Program-made: the position numbers and the translations under genes
The notes under the pieces: generated by a model
Seen by the model: the letters and a program-made list of their open reading frames with translations, nothing else
Told to the model about the DNA's origin: nothing
The model's database searches: none
In this document: positions 29,028-42,025 of the stretch, in pieces
Numbering within the stretch: position 1 is the first letter of the stretch
How the letters are laid out: each line of letters starts with the position of its first letter
DNA from: Eledone cirrhosa
Lineage: Eukaryota
Length of the DNA: 64,000 nt
NCBI GenBank assembly: GCA_964016885.1
Contig: OZ024746.1
Location: forward strand, 80,042,001 to 80,106,000
Reading direction: 5' to 3'

Positions 29028-32000
29028 ATGACCTCACTCAGAATAGGCAGCATAAATGCGCGTGGCTTGGGGTCATCATGGAAGCAGGGCCACCTGCTCA
29101 ACGACCTCAGGTCACTAAACATAGATGTAGTGGCCATCAGCGAGACCAGAAATCCCGAAGCTCGGGCCTTCGCACCGATCTTCGGCGGCTACGATGTGTA
29201 CGCATCTCCCAGCCGTCCTGGATCGGGGGGAGGAGTTGCTGTGCTTTTTTGGAGAGGTTTGGATCTCGCCATACGTGCCATCTTCCTGGACCCAGAAGGT
29301 GAGTTGGTGGTGCTGGACGTGACCAGCGGAGACGGGCAAGCTTTCAGGCTAGTGGCCGTCTATTCCCCGACAGGATCAGGGCGGCCTGATTTCTTCCGGT
29401 GTCTGGAGACCTTTCTTGGAACGTCCCGCTCTTTAGTGTTAGTGGGCGCTGGAACGGGATCTTAGATGCACGCTGGGACTGTGTGGGATTAGCGGATAGG
29501 GGAGGAGGGTGCAAGAGCCTCACCAACCTGCTCAGGCGTTTTGAACTGTCTGACAGGTACCGATTGGATTTCCCGAATGTGCCAATGTGAACTTGGACAA
29601 ATCGCATAGGGTCATCCAGATCATATCTAGATAGAGTATTTTGTAGGGAAATAGATAGGTCTAGCATAGGCTGTCCACAATTCAAGATAGTCAGCTACAC
29701 GGACCACAAATTCGTGATCTGTGTGCTTGAATTAGATGGGCTTCAGAGACGAGGACCCGGCTACTGGAAGCTAAACGCGTCCTTACCAGCGCGCAAGGCC
29801 TACAGAGACCGGATTAGCGAACTAGTTAAGCGGGCGTTGACGGGGGCCATCGTCAACAACAAGTGGTGGTTTGCTCTGAAAAGAGTGATTAGAATAGAGT
29901 CCATTAGGTTTAGTAAGGCTTTAGCAATAGAGAAAAGTAGAGCAGAGGGAGAACTAGTTAGAAAATTAGACGAAGCGTTTAGCAAAGGCATCGCGACCGA
30001 CGTACTTGCGGCGAAATTGGTCCTTGACCAATTCTTCAATGCAAAGCACGAAGGCTGCGTTGTCAGAGCTAGGGTGCGTGCTCTCAGACACGAGGGGACG
30101 AAAGCCGTTCAATGGGCCCGAGTGGCGGAGGCGCGTCGTGGCAACAAAGCCACGATCCCGTCTTTGGTGGACCACGACGGGCGTATGCTACTCGATCCCG
30201 GGCAAATGTGTGAAGCTTCTCAGCGACACTTCGCACAGCTGTTCGGGGGAAGCGGCGGGCCGGATCGAGGGATGGACTTTAGTGTCTACCTCGACGGACT
30301 GCCGCGGATCTCGGCCACTGAGGCGGAGTGTTGCGAAAAGCCAATAACAGCTGCTGAAGTACGGGAAGCAATGACTGGCTGCACAAGGGGTAAATCGCCT
30401 GGTTTGGATGGTCTGCCCTATGAACTTTACGTACAGATGCCAGACTTGTTCGGAGGCCTCTTGGCGGACGTCTACTGCAACTGGCAACAGAACGGGAGAA
30501 TTCCCAGCTCTGTGAGCCGAGGAGCTGTGGCGCTGCTGAGAAAGGATCCGAACAAGGGGGATAACATAGATAATTTCAGGCCCATAACTCTGCTAAACAA
30601 AGAGTTCAAGATTTTGGCCAAGGTGCTAGCAAAGGGGTTGGCGCTTGTCGTTGGTGGTCTGGTGGGAGAGGCGCAGACATGCGCCATTCCCGACAGATCC
30701 ATCCACGACAACCTCCACCTCATGCGATACATCGTAGAGAGGGTAGCTAGGGAACCTGGAACGGGTGGGTCCTTGATCAATTTAGATCAGTCGAAAGCTT
30801 TCGATAGGGTCGACCATCGTTACCTAGCGGCAGTCCTGAGGGCGGTTGGCTTTGGGCCTGTCTTCAGAGGCTGGATCGCTGCCATGCACAGCGACATCTG
30901 CTCTGTGGTGAGAGTGAACGGTCACCTTTCGGAACCGTTCAACATCATGCGCTCGGTCCGCCAAGGATGTCCCCTCTCGTCCCTCTTGTACGTATTGACT
31001 CTCGAGCCATTACTGCACAAACTGGAGACGTTGAGGGGGATCCCGCGCGAACTAGGATGCGGAAGATCCGTGTCAGCATATGCGGACGATGTCACCGTAG
31101 TGGTGTCGAACGCCAAACACATCGAGACGATCGGCACTACACTAAGAGAATACGAAGCGGTGACAGGAGCAATGATCAACCAGGAAAAGTCAGTGGGCCT
31201 GCAGCTCGGCACCTGGAGAAGCAGGTCCATACCGTTCAACAGCGTCGTCGGGCGCTGGACGGACGGACCGGTTAAATTTCTAGGGCTCTGGTTCGGTCCG
31301 GACCTCCAGACGGACAAAAACTAGGACGAGGTGACGAACAGGGTGGCTTCTCTCACCCAGAAATGGGCGGAGAGGAAGCTATCCCTGAAAGGTCGAGCGG
31401 AGGTGGCTAACGCGTACATGGCGTCCGTCATCTACTACCGCCTAACCGTCGTACCTTGTCCTAAGCCCCTCCTGACTGCGCTGGAGCGTTTGCTCTCTCG
31501 CTTTTTGTAGAAGGGACGCGCTCCGATGGTCAGGCGGTCCATCTGCTGTCAACACCCGCTACGTGGAGGGCTGGGCATGCTGTGGCTTATGATGCACAGA
31601 CACGCGCTCAGGCTACGACATCTCCACCTCTTCTTCGACAGTGATCAGGTGTGGTCGCCGTTTGCTAGACGCGTCTTTCCCCAGCTCGTCTCCTTGACGG
31701 AGCTGCAGTCCTGGGTCAAGCGAAGACTGAGAGGGAGCGCTTGGAGACTGGAATGCCTTCAGGCGCTCACAACCCTCGACCAATCGGACAATGTGATCGG
31801 TGGAAACTCCACCTTGGTGTTCTATAGAGGATTAGTGGAGGGGAAGAGCGACGACGTACTTGGGGAAACCCTAGACGTCGACGAAAATCAACTAGCCAAT
31901 CTCTTCGGAAGAACTTTCGGGACGGGGCCTATGGACAACTTCCAGAAAACCCTGGCCTGGCAGTACTACCGAGGAGCTTTGCCAGTTCGGGATAAACTCT

Positions 32001-32446
32001 ACAGGCATGGAGGTGCCGTCAGCCGGGCATGTCCGAGATGCGCGCAGGGTGACGAAACCGTCCTGCACGCACTCATCCAGTTTCCGAGCATTGCTGACTT
32101 GTGGGTTTATGTCGAACATCTGCTGGCGCGTGTAGGACGGATCCAGCTATCAGCTGAGTCCATCGTGAAGATTGCCCCGCCCTCTTCCTTTAGCCGGGAA
32201 GGGCAGGCAGTTTTTATCTGTCTGGTGGCCATGGCGAAAGAGATAGTATGGTGGACACGTTTGAAAGGGCTGAAGACGAGCACTTACCTCTTCGGTGATG
32301 CCCTGATTAACTTTTTCAAATTTTATTTGAAAAGGAAAATCAGGGTAGAGATGGAGGTGCTCTCGTCCCAGCATTTTGTTGGAAGATGGGTGAGAGAGAC
32401 AAGAATGGCCCGAGTGAATGGGCCTACTCTGAGTACGTGTCTGTAA
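29028..32446 (+). pseudogene. ORF2 APE endonuclease - reverse transcriptase - C-terminal zinc finger, with a frameshift and about 3 stop codons
   Basis: MTSLRIGSINARGL, AISET, SYLDR, YTDH, GKSPGLDG, FRPITLLN, DQSKAFDRV, QGCPLS, YADD, CPRC..ETVLHAL. Lesions near 29446, 29588, 31322 and 31508. Confidence 0.93.
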
Positions 32447-32711
32447 ATTAAAGGTGGAAAACTGGGAGAAGGCACTTGCCCTGGTGGTCAGGGTCACTGG
32501 CTTTTTAATGGGCTTTCTCCACGAATGTCCCTCGGAAGCCTCCCCCGTATTGGGGAATATTTTATTGTTTTTTTTTGTTACATCCTCTGTTTTTGTTTTT
32601 TACACGCAGAAATGCCCATTTGTACCGTCCTGTATTGTCCTGTACTGTCCTTAATGTCTACTTTATGTAAACCCTTGTGGTTAATAAATAAAGTATTATT
32701 ATTATTATTAT

Positions 32712-32771
<60 letters not shown>

Positions 32772-32915
32772 ACGACAGAGAGAGAGCAAGAGAAAGAAAA
32801 ATAGAAAGATAGATAGATATCTTTATTCATTTTCTTCTGTTTCTCATACCTCTCAATTTTACACTCACCGCCTATTTATGTTTATTGCATCCTTCAATAT
32901 GTCTCACCCTCCTTG

Positions 32916-32964
<49 letters not shown>

Positions 32965-33152
32965 CTATCTCTATTTCTCGCCGGCTACATACACTTTCTA
33001 TATCATTCTCTGTCAATCGATCTATTTATATTTTCTCTCGCTTACTCTCTCCCCCCTCTCACCCCCTCTCTCTCTCTGTCTCTCTCTCTTTCTCTCTACC
33101 CCTCTCCCCTCACTCTCTGTCTCTCTGTCTCTCTCTATCTCTATCTATCTAT

Positions 33153-33209
<57 letters not shown>

Positions 33210-33314
33210 TTATCTTCCATTTTCTCTTAGTATTTGTCTCTCTGTTTTTATTCTCTTCCGAGAACCCTTCTCTCTCATTTATTCGATCATTCACTCTTTC
33301 CCTTTCAAAACCTC

Positions 33315-33366
<52 letters not shown>

Positions 33367-33567
33367 GCATTCCCACAATATTTGCTTCCATGGAAAACTG
33401 TCTGGTGACCGAAGAGCTTATTAAACCATACGGAATTAAACCACACATGATTGATTAAGCATGACGAAAGGAGCTTTTACAATTACAGCCGAGTTTGTTC
33501 GCCTGAACATGTCTGACAAGCAAGCTGTAACCAATGAAGCTTAATCTCCCCATCCCCCCTCTTTATG

Positions 33568-33651
<84 letters not shown>

Positions 33652-33726
33652 TATGCATATATATATATATACATATATATATATGTACATATATATATAC
33701 ATATGTATATATATATATTTATGTAC

Positions 33727-33892
<166 letters not shown>

Positions 33893-33927
33893 TCATATAT
33901 GCATATATATATATATATATATATATG

Positions 33928-33967
<40 letters not shown>

Positions 33968-34056
33968 CATATATGCATATATATATATATAAATATATAT
34001 ATATATAATCATATATGCATATATATATATATATATTTATATATATGCATATATAT

Positions 34057-34146
<90 letters not shown>

Positions 34147-34627
34147 CTCTCCACCATCGTCTACCTCTCGCTCTCTCGCTCTCTCTCGTTCTCTTTTTCT
34201 ATGTCTCTTTCTCGCTCTATATATATATATATGTATATATTTCTCTCCCCATCTCTCTCTCTCCTTCACACTCCACCACTCTCTCCCTGTCTCCAACTAC
34301 CCCCCACCCCCCACACACTCTCTCACTCTCAGGTGATGGGCAAATGGTGGTATTTATGCCCATAGAATATCACACAGTTTAGCAAACCAACTGAGGAATA
34401 TTCAATGGACGAATAAATCGGCTTGCAGGTGGAATTTTTATAGTTTTATCAGTGGTTTTAGGTGAACTGATTGATAAAACAGTGTTGTGGTTGTGGTTGT
34501 GGTTGTGGTTGTGGTTGTGGTTGTGGTGTATTTAAGACTATATTTATCGAAGCAGATATTCGTGGAGATTGTATGGAAGAAATTAACACTCTTTGCTTCA
34601 CACTCACTTTCTGGTGCTTCTCTTACT

Positions 34628-34676
<49 letters not shown>

Positions 34677-34716
34677 TCGCACACATACACACACACTATG
34701 TATGTATATATATATG

Positions 34717-34754
<38 letters not shown>

Positions 34755-34755
<1 letters not shown>

Positions 34756-35040
34756 GATATTAAACAAATGGAAACTATATTTATAAAACCATATTTATTT
34801 CATTATACATATTTCGGGGATACCATATTAAAAATATGGCATGCCTTCGTCAGATAAAATACAATATATAAACAGTTTTATAAATAATTTTGACGAACCA
34901 TAAATATGAGCGACCATTATGTCGGAAGCTGGTTTGGTAGTATATCGTATATCTACTCCAAAAACTTGTCGAGTGCTTTATATCAGTTATAAAATATTTA
35001 CTTGTTGTAACCCAACAATTTTAAATAAAACTTTTGCATA
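34755..35040 (-). mobile_element. (TA)n-embedded hammerhead element (family shared with 43957-44290)
   Basis: CGATATTAA(A)CAAATGGAAACTATATTTATAAAACC...TATATCAGTTATAAAA is shared by both copies. Confidence 0.75.
34797..34860 (-). ncRNA. Type I hammerhead ribozyme (AUA family)
   Basis: ATTTTAT-CTGACGA-aGGcATGCCATAT..ATATGGTATCCcc-GAAAT-atgt-ATA-ATGAAAT. Confidence 0.7.
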
Positions 35041-35332
35041 TATATATACACTCGCACACACACACACACACTATGTATGTATATATATATGTTTATATAT
35101 ATATATATATAATAGTAATAAACGAAAGATTTATTTCATTATATATATTTCGAAGATGAAAAGTTTTGTGTATAACATAATGCAAAACATGTTCTCCTCA
35201 CACAAAATATATAGAAAATGTATAATTTTTTTCCTGATATACTGGTTGACAGACGAACTGGACAGATCGATGACCATCAGGCATATGATCACAAATCAAC
35301 TAACTCTTTTTCATTGATTATATATATATATT

Positions 35333-35509
35333 TAACGAAGGAAAAGTGGTAAGGAACCAGGTGGACCATAACGCACCAAAGTACTCAATACTTAGGGTAG
35401 TAGAGTGGGTAATAGGAACGAGTAAGACCCTGACGGCTGAGCTCAAGCCGTTTCGACGGCTATTAGCCGTCGAAACGGCTTGAGCTCAGCCGTCGGGGTC
35501 TTACTTGTT

Positions 35510-35512
<3 letters not shown>
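35333..35512 (-). mobile_element. Family F1 fold-back element
   Basis: Hairpin 35411-35513 centred on GACGGCTATTAGCCGTC. Helix III GAAACGGCT..AGCCGTC. Unpaired tail at 35333-35410. Confidence 0.8.
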
Positions 35513-35556
<44 letters not shown>

Positions 35557-35561
<5 letters not shown>

Positions 35562-35721
35562 TAAAGAACGAGGAATCAGTGTGTTGTATCATATCACATT
35601 TATGATATGATGCAATACTGAATCCTCGTTCTTTATAATATTATACCCTGCTCTGCGCGAGCGTCGAGTGCTCAACCGGCATACCGGCTACGGACGCATT
35701 TACCTGCAACCCTACAACAGC
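35557..35721 (+). mobile_element. Short fold-back element with GAGTGC tail
   Basis: ATTATAAAGAACGAGG..CCTCGTTCTTTATAAT arms, followed by an 80-nt tail into (TA)n. Confidence 0.7.
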
Positions 35722-35741
35722 TATATATATATATATGTATG

Positions 35742-35808
<67 letters not shown>

Positions 35809-35819
35809 ATGTATGGATG

Positions 35820-35882
<63 letters not shown>

Positions 35883-35902
35883 ATGTATGGATGTATGTAT
35901 AT

Positions 35903-36017
<115 letters not shown>

Positions 36018-36027
36018 TTTTAATATA

Positions 36028-36086
36028 GATGAGATTCTACAGGACTAGAACTGTTTCATTCATTAGAAATCATCAGGAATCTCATC
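36028..36086 (-). ncRNA. Type I hammerhead ribozyme, 10-bp helix I
   Basis: GATGAGATTC-CTGATGA-tTTCtaatGAAt-GAAACAG-ttctagtc-CTGTA-GAATCTCATC. Confidence 0.85.
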
Positions 36087-36089
36087 AGG

Positions 36090-36138
36090 GATTCCTGATG
36101 ATTTCTAATGAATGAAACAGTTCTAGTCCTGTAGAATC
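36090..36138 (+). ncRNA. Type I hammerhead ribozyme
   Basis: GATTC-CTGATGA-tTTCtaatGAAt-GAAACAG-ttctagtc-CTGTA-GAATC. Confidence 0.8.
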
Positions 36139-36233
36139 TCATCTATATTAAAACTTTTATACTCTGCTATGTATTGAGTACCTTACTTACTGTGGTTACC
36201 TCCGATTCAACCCGGAATAACGTATATATATAT

Positions 36234-36298
<65 letters not shown>

Positions 36299-36647
36299 TA
36301 TATAATTTTGCGAGGTTTTTTATATGAAATCGTGTGTGGAAACAAATATTGTTATACTTGGGGAGGGTCATATTGTTGTAATAATATTGCCAGAATTAAT
36401 AACAGAACACAATCACTCTTTGATTGGTTTTCGCTTCTGTATCTTTTATATCAGTTAATTTATTCGGTCCTCAATGTTTACCATTGACTGACCAACGGTC
36501 AAAAAAACAGATATAATATAGACACAAGCACATATATATAGTCTAACAAAGTTCTTTCGTTGCACATCTACAACATCGTCAGTGGCGCTATTATGGTTCC
36601 TCCTGTTGTATTGTATATCTACGCCATCTTTATTTAATCTGTTTCAA

Positions 36648-36704
<57 letters not shown>

Positions 36705-36824
36705 CACAGATCATCACCATCACTATCATAATGATATATGCCTGGCCAATATGTGAGAACGCTCTCCGATGTGTTGAACCCCTGGTGCATGTCGCCTCAG
36801 TCTTCTCTAGTGTGTGGGTGTAGG

Positions 36825-37170
36825 ACTGGTACATTTTCTATAGACCTAGAAAGGATGAAAGGCAAAGTTAACCTTGGCGGGATTTGAACTCAGATTGGAA
36901 AGGGCCGTAACTCTATGCGTCAAAGCATGGCGTCCGACCCTCTACCAATACTGCCAATCCACCGCCCTTTTAAGGTGCATAATTCTGGTGAATCAAATGA
37001 TTCAGCTTCAAGCCTGGTGACAGTACTGGACTGGTACTTTTTTATCGACCCTGAAAAGAAGAAAGGCAATGTTGAGCGCGTTGGATTTTGAATTGAGAGC
37101 GCAGAGAGCCGAAACAAATACCGTGAGGTATTCTATCAGATGTTCTAGCGACTCTATCAATTCATCTCCT
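36825..37170 (-). mobile_element. Two main-family SINE copies (36825-36967; diverged copy 37015-37170)
   Basis: GGATGAAAGGCAAAGTTAACC..GATTTGAACTCAG..CTGCCAATCCACCGCC. Confidence 0.75.
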
Positions 37171-37332
37171 ACCAAACAAAGATTACACATGGAAAATGTC
37201 GTTTGATTTTAATAACGCACGATGCTAAGAACATGATAGAAATAGAAATTAAATAAAATAGAACAGAAATTCCTGTAAAGTAACCTAAAATTTCAGACAC
37301 TGATAAAATATAGCAAGGTAAACAAGAACAAA

Positions 37333-37407
<75 letters not shown>

Positions 37408-37419
37408 GCACACACACAT

Positions 37420-37458
<39 letters not shown>

Positions 37459-37499
37459 CAGCCACAGACACACACACATATATATATATATATATACAG

Positions 37500-37550
<51 letters not shown>

Positions 37551-37811
37551 TATATATATATATACACACACACACATACACACTCACACATTAATACCAC
37601 TCCTCGCTTAATACACTTACCCTTCAAATCCCCGCCTTCTACTAAAATAAAAAAACTTCACAAAGACTTGATCATAGTTTTATGCTGTCTGTGCAATGAA
37701 TATGTCTTAATGAGTCACACTGCTCAGTGGATAAATGTTGGGGGAGGATGTAATATAGACATATAGATAGATAGATAGAGAGAGATAGATAGATAGAGAG
37801 AGAGAGAGATT

Positions 37812-37855
<44 letters not shown>

Positions 37856-37945
37856 TAGGGACTGATAGATAGATATATAGATAGATATATAGATAGACAG
37901 ATAGATAGATAGACAGATAGATAGAGAGATAGATAGGGAGGATAA

Positions 37946-38009
<64 letters not shown>

Positions 38010-38590
38010 GGGTGGGAGGTGAGTTGCATCAGGTTTATTTCGGATTATCCTAAGGCCAGGCATTGGTGTGACGAGGTTTCCACGTCACAGAAGCGACAAC
38101 AAACAGCAACAACAAAAGCAGCTTAGTGGAGACAATGTCACGAAAGATAACGTTGAGAATAATGTATGTGTGTGTAATGTGTATATACCCTGTATATGTG
38201 TGTGAGTGTGTGGGCGTGGGGAGGGGGTAGTGCGTGGGGGGGGGGGGGGGGGGTATTTATATTATAGTAAGGATTATTGTGATTTGTTTGTTTTTTTATT
38301 TAATACCGTCGAGTGGCCTAAAGGGAAGAAATGTCTGCCTTCGAATCAGAAGATTACAAGATCGGATCTCGTCACGGCTGAGTTATACATTGTTTCTCTT
38401 TTGGAGGGTTATAGATTGACAAGAATCGGTAGAGTTGCTGTCAAAATGCCTTGTGGTATTTGTTTCCGATTCTGAATTGAAAACACGCCTAGGTCAGCTT
38501 TTCTTTTCATACTTACAGAATTGATAGAATAAAGAATCAGTCAAGTAATGGATCGGCTTTATCTTCTAATCTCTCCTACTCCCTCTAATC

Positions 38591-38682
<92 letters not shown>

Positions 38683-38699
38683 TATAAATATATATATAT

Positions 38700-39075
38700 A
38701 TGAATGTATATACAGTGTATTTGGCAATACACTGTATGCTTAATTAAAAGCATTTTAAAGACCTTACGCTATTGTTTTAAAGTAGTGACTATGTCACTTA
38801 CTTCTTTTTTCAGCAAACAAAGGGAGATAAGCTGACAGATCTCTGTTTCGTACTGTTGGTACTCCTCAGAGCTTTGCTGAAAAAAGAAGTGAGTGACATA
38901 GTCACTACTTTATAACAATAGCGTGAGGTCTTCAAAATGCTTTTAATTAAGCATACAGTGTATTGCAAAATACACTGTATATACATTCATACATATATCG
39001 CTATTTCAGAGCACCAATTCTAATTTTGGGACCGAGACCTTTGGCGGTACTCAGTAATAGAGAAGACCCGCCTTA
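38700..39075. mobile_element. Fold-back element (arms 38700-38817 / 38873-38991) with a hammerhead in the loop
   Basis: About 118-bp inverted arms. The loop folds as a complete hammerhead. Confidence 0.85.
38829..38874 (-). ncRNA. Canonical compact type I hammerhead ribozyme (GUC site)
   Basis: AAGCT-CTGAGGA-GTAC-caaca-GTAC-GAAACAG-agat-CTGTC-AGCTT. All three helices are Watson-Crick paired. Confidence 0.9.
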
Positions 39076-39248
39076 CCTAAATACAAAGTAAAAACCTACT
39101 ACAGTCAGTAGGCATCTCTATCAAAACACACCCCCGTCCCACCACCTCCACCCCACCCACACCGCCCCTTTCAATGTAAAGTTATGTTGGTCCCACAACA
39201 TCCAGGCCGAAACAAATGAGATCGTGTAGGTGTCACGACAAAAAACAC

Positions 39249-39585
39249 ACAGTCCACGCTGTAAATGTGGCCGTGTAGGCAACACGGTAAAAACCTCCCA
39301 GCCCCACACTGTAAATGTGGTTGGTGTTAGGAAGGGCATCCAGCTGTAGAAAACCCGCTAGACAGTCCACGCTGTAATGTGGCCGTGTAGGCAACACGGT
39401 AAAAACCTCCCAGCCCCACACTGTAAATGTGGTTGGTGTTAGGAAGGGCATCCAACTGTAGAAAACCCGCCAGACAGTCCTATGCGAGCAAGACAACCAC
39501 TCTTGCCTCAAGTGGGAAAACCCCCGTCCAAACCCATGCAAGCGTGGAACACGGACGCTAAACCTGATGATGATGATGATGATGA

Positions 39586-39588
<3 letters not shown>
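39249..39588 (+). mobile_element. SINE/RTE-type 3' end with (GAT)n tail and an internal tandem duplication of about 112 bp
   Basis: ACAGTCCACGCTGTAA..GAAGGGCATCCA(G/A)CTGTAGAAAACCCGC occurs twice. Ends GGACGCTAAACCTGATGATGAT. Confidence 0.7.
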
Positions 39589-39623
<35 letters not shown>

Positions 39624-39626
<3 letters not shown>

Positions 39627-39761
39627 CCGGATCTAACTGCCGAAACGGCTAGAACTCAGCCGTCGGGGTCCTAGCTCTTTTCATATTAGCCACTTTACTC
39701 TAAGTATTGAGTACTCTGGCGCTTTATGGTCCACCTGGTATCTTACCACGCCCTCTTTGTT
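39624..39761 (+). mobile_element. Family F1 element
   Basis: GAAACGGCT..AGCCGTCGGGGTC, then TACTCTAAGTATTGAGTAC tail, in (TA)n. Confidence 0.75.
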
Positions 39762-39847
39762 ATATATATATGTATATTTATATATATGTGTGTGTGTGTG
39801 TGCGCGCCAACCCAAATCTTGAAAAACATTTATAACCACGAATAATA

Positions 39848-40077
39848 TAATTGTTTCTACTTTTGGCACAAGGCCAGCAATTATCCCAGTACATTACTGG
39901 TACTTTATTTTATCGACCTCGTAAGGATGAAAGGCAAAGTGAACCTCGGCGGGATTTTAAACTCAGACTGTAAAGGGGCGTAAGTCTATGCTGCAAAGCA
40001 TGGCGTCCGCACATAATGCAATATAATTGTTTCTACTGTTGGCACAAGGTCAGCAATTATCTCAGTGTATTACTGGT
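39848..40077 (-). mobile_element. Main SINE copy plus a partial second copy
   Basis: TAATTGTTTCTACTTTTGGCACAAGGCCAGC... at 39848 and 40023. Confidence 0.8.
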
Positions 40078-40613
40078 AGGGCATTCACTGGAAAATTGAC
40101 TGAAGGAAAGACTCGACTAGTTTTGCCTTGTGGTTGAGGTGTTGGGTTCACAATCATAAAGTTGCAGATTCAATTCCTGAACTGAGTATCACGTTGTGTT
40201 CTTGAGCAAGACACTTCATTTCACGTTGCTTTGTCATGACAGAACTGATTTCCTTTATCATTTAAATACTCGAGAAACCTTCTATAGAGGTCAACTAAAC
40301 CCGCATAGGAGTGAGCTGTAAAATTATATTATTATTTTTTTTTTTTGACAAACTTCTTACGTCTTCCATCACTACCACCACTACTACTGCCATCACAACC
40401 ACCTCCACCATCACCACTATCACCACAACTACCACCATCATCATAATCGTAATGGTCATTCTAACTAAAGATAACTGTAGATGTCAGAGTTATCAAAGAT
40501 CCACTCAGATTAGTTCAGGCTCGGCTAAGCATTGTTGGTCTGTTGACATTTTATGCTTTTATGTGTGTGCCCTTTCTCCTTTTGCTGCATCTCATCGTCT
40601 CTCCCCCCTCTCC

Positions 40614-40655
<42 letters not shown>

Positions 40656-40658
40656 GTA

Positions 40659-40830
40659 TATAGAAGAGCTTCTACAGGACTAGAACTGTTTCATTCAGGA
40701 GCTCCCTGATGATTTCTCACGAATGAAACAGTTCTAGTCCTGGAGAAGCTCTTCTATATTAAAACTTTTATACTGTGCTATGTATTGAGTACCTTACTTA
40801 ACGTGGTTACCTCCGATTCAACCCGGAATA

Positions 40831-40833
<3 letters not shown>
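40659..40833 (+). mobile_element. Family F2 fold-back element with hammerhead 40699-40751 (cleavage triplet GTA>GGA)
   Basis: GAGCTCC-CTGATGA-tttctcacgaat-GAAACAG..CTGGA-GAAGCTC. Full F2 tail. Confidence 0.85.
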
Positions 40834-40880
<47 letters not shown>

Positions 40881-40956
40881 ATACTTTGGGAGGGTCATGT
40901 TGCCAATAAGAATCATGTTGCCAAATTCAGAATCTTGCTAAACAAATTCAGAAACG

Positions 40957-41017
<61 letters not shown>

Positions 41018-41459
41018 TGTCTATATATTTATATATTTCCATATATATACTCATGCACATATATATATACACATATAAATTGTGTGTGACGGGGGGGGGT
41101 ATGTATATATGTATATATGTATGTATATAAATGTAAGTATGTATGTATGTATACTTACATACATTATTTATACAGACGTACAGTACTATGTATATATATA
41201 AACACATGCACACATATATATATGCACGTATCGGTTTACCGAACATTTATTATAATGCTCGGTTTGTTTGTTTGTAAACATATATATGTGTGCATGTATG
41301 TATATGTATACATACTACTGTACGTCTGTATACATATATGTATGTACGTATACATACATACATACTTACATTTAAGTAACTGCCGTACTAAGAGTGAGAA
41401 ATGAAATTTCGTTTCATTCTATTCCATGTATGTATATATATATATATATTATATATATA

Positions 41460-41718
41460 TAGTTATTTAATAAACAACATAAGGCAATTATTTCATTTAC
41501 CAGTGGTTTCTTAAAATCAAAAAAAAAAAAATTTTGCTTTCAATCATCAGAATGAAAAAATCCTGGTGATTGAAAGCAACATTTTTTTTTTTGCTTTTAA
41601 GAAACCACTGGTAAATGAAATAATTGCCTTATGTTGTTTATTAAATAACTATTAAGCTCTGTTACTTACATAGAGCACTCTTTTTTCCTGGACTTTTCCG
41701 ACGGAATTACTTCATTTA
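41460..41718 (+). mobile_element. Fold-back (TA)n element
   Basis: 41460-41550 mirrors 41563-41651. 67-nt tail with GCTCT..AGAGCAC. Confidence 0.85.
41491..41557 (-). ncRNA. Type I hammerhead ribozyme
   Basis: TTTCATT-CTGATGA-TTGAAA...TTTTAA-GAAACC-act-GGTA-AATGAAA. Confidence 0.75.
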
Positions 41719-41759
41719 TTATATATATATATATATATATGTACATCCTCGCTCACACG

Positions 41760-41903
<144 letters not shown>

Positions 41904-41984
41904 CTCTCTGTCAATCTATCTACCATTTTGTAATTTCTATCTATCTATCTCTCTATCTATCTATCTATCTATCTAAATAAAGAA

Positions 41985-42025
<41 letters not shown>

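Larger units (their letters stand above)
27269..32700 (+). mobile_element. Near full-length Tx1-clade LINE (copy B), about 5.4 kb
   Basis: ORF1 + ORF2 + 3' UTR ending CCCTTGTGGTTAATAAATAAAG. (TAT)n runs on both sides. Confidence 0.92.

Noticed and set aside
29800-32497. Antisense and alternate-frame ORFs within the Tx1 LINE
   Set aside because: They are by-products of GC-rich ORF2 codon usage.
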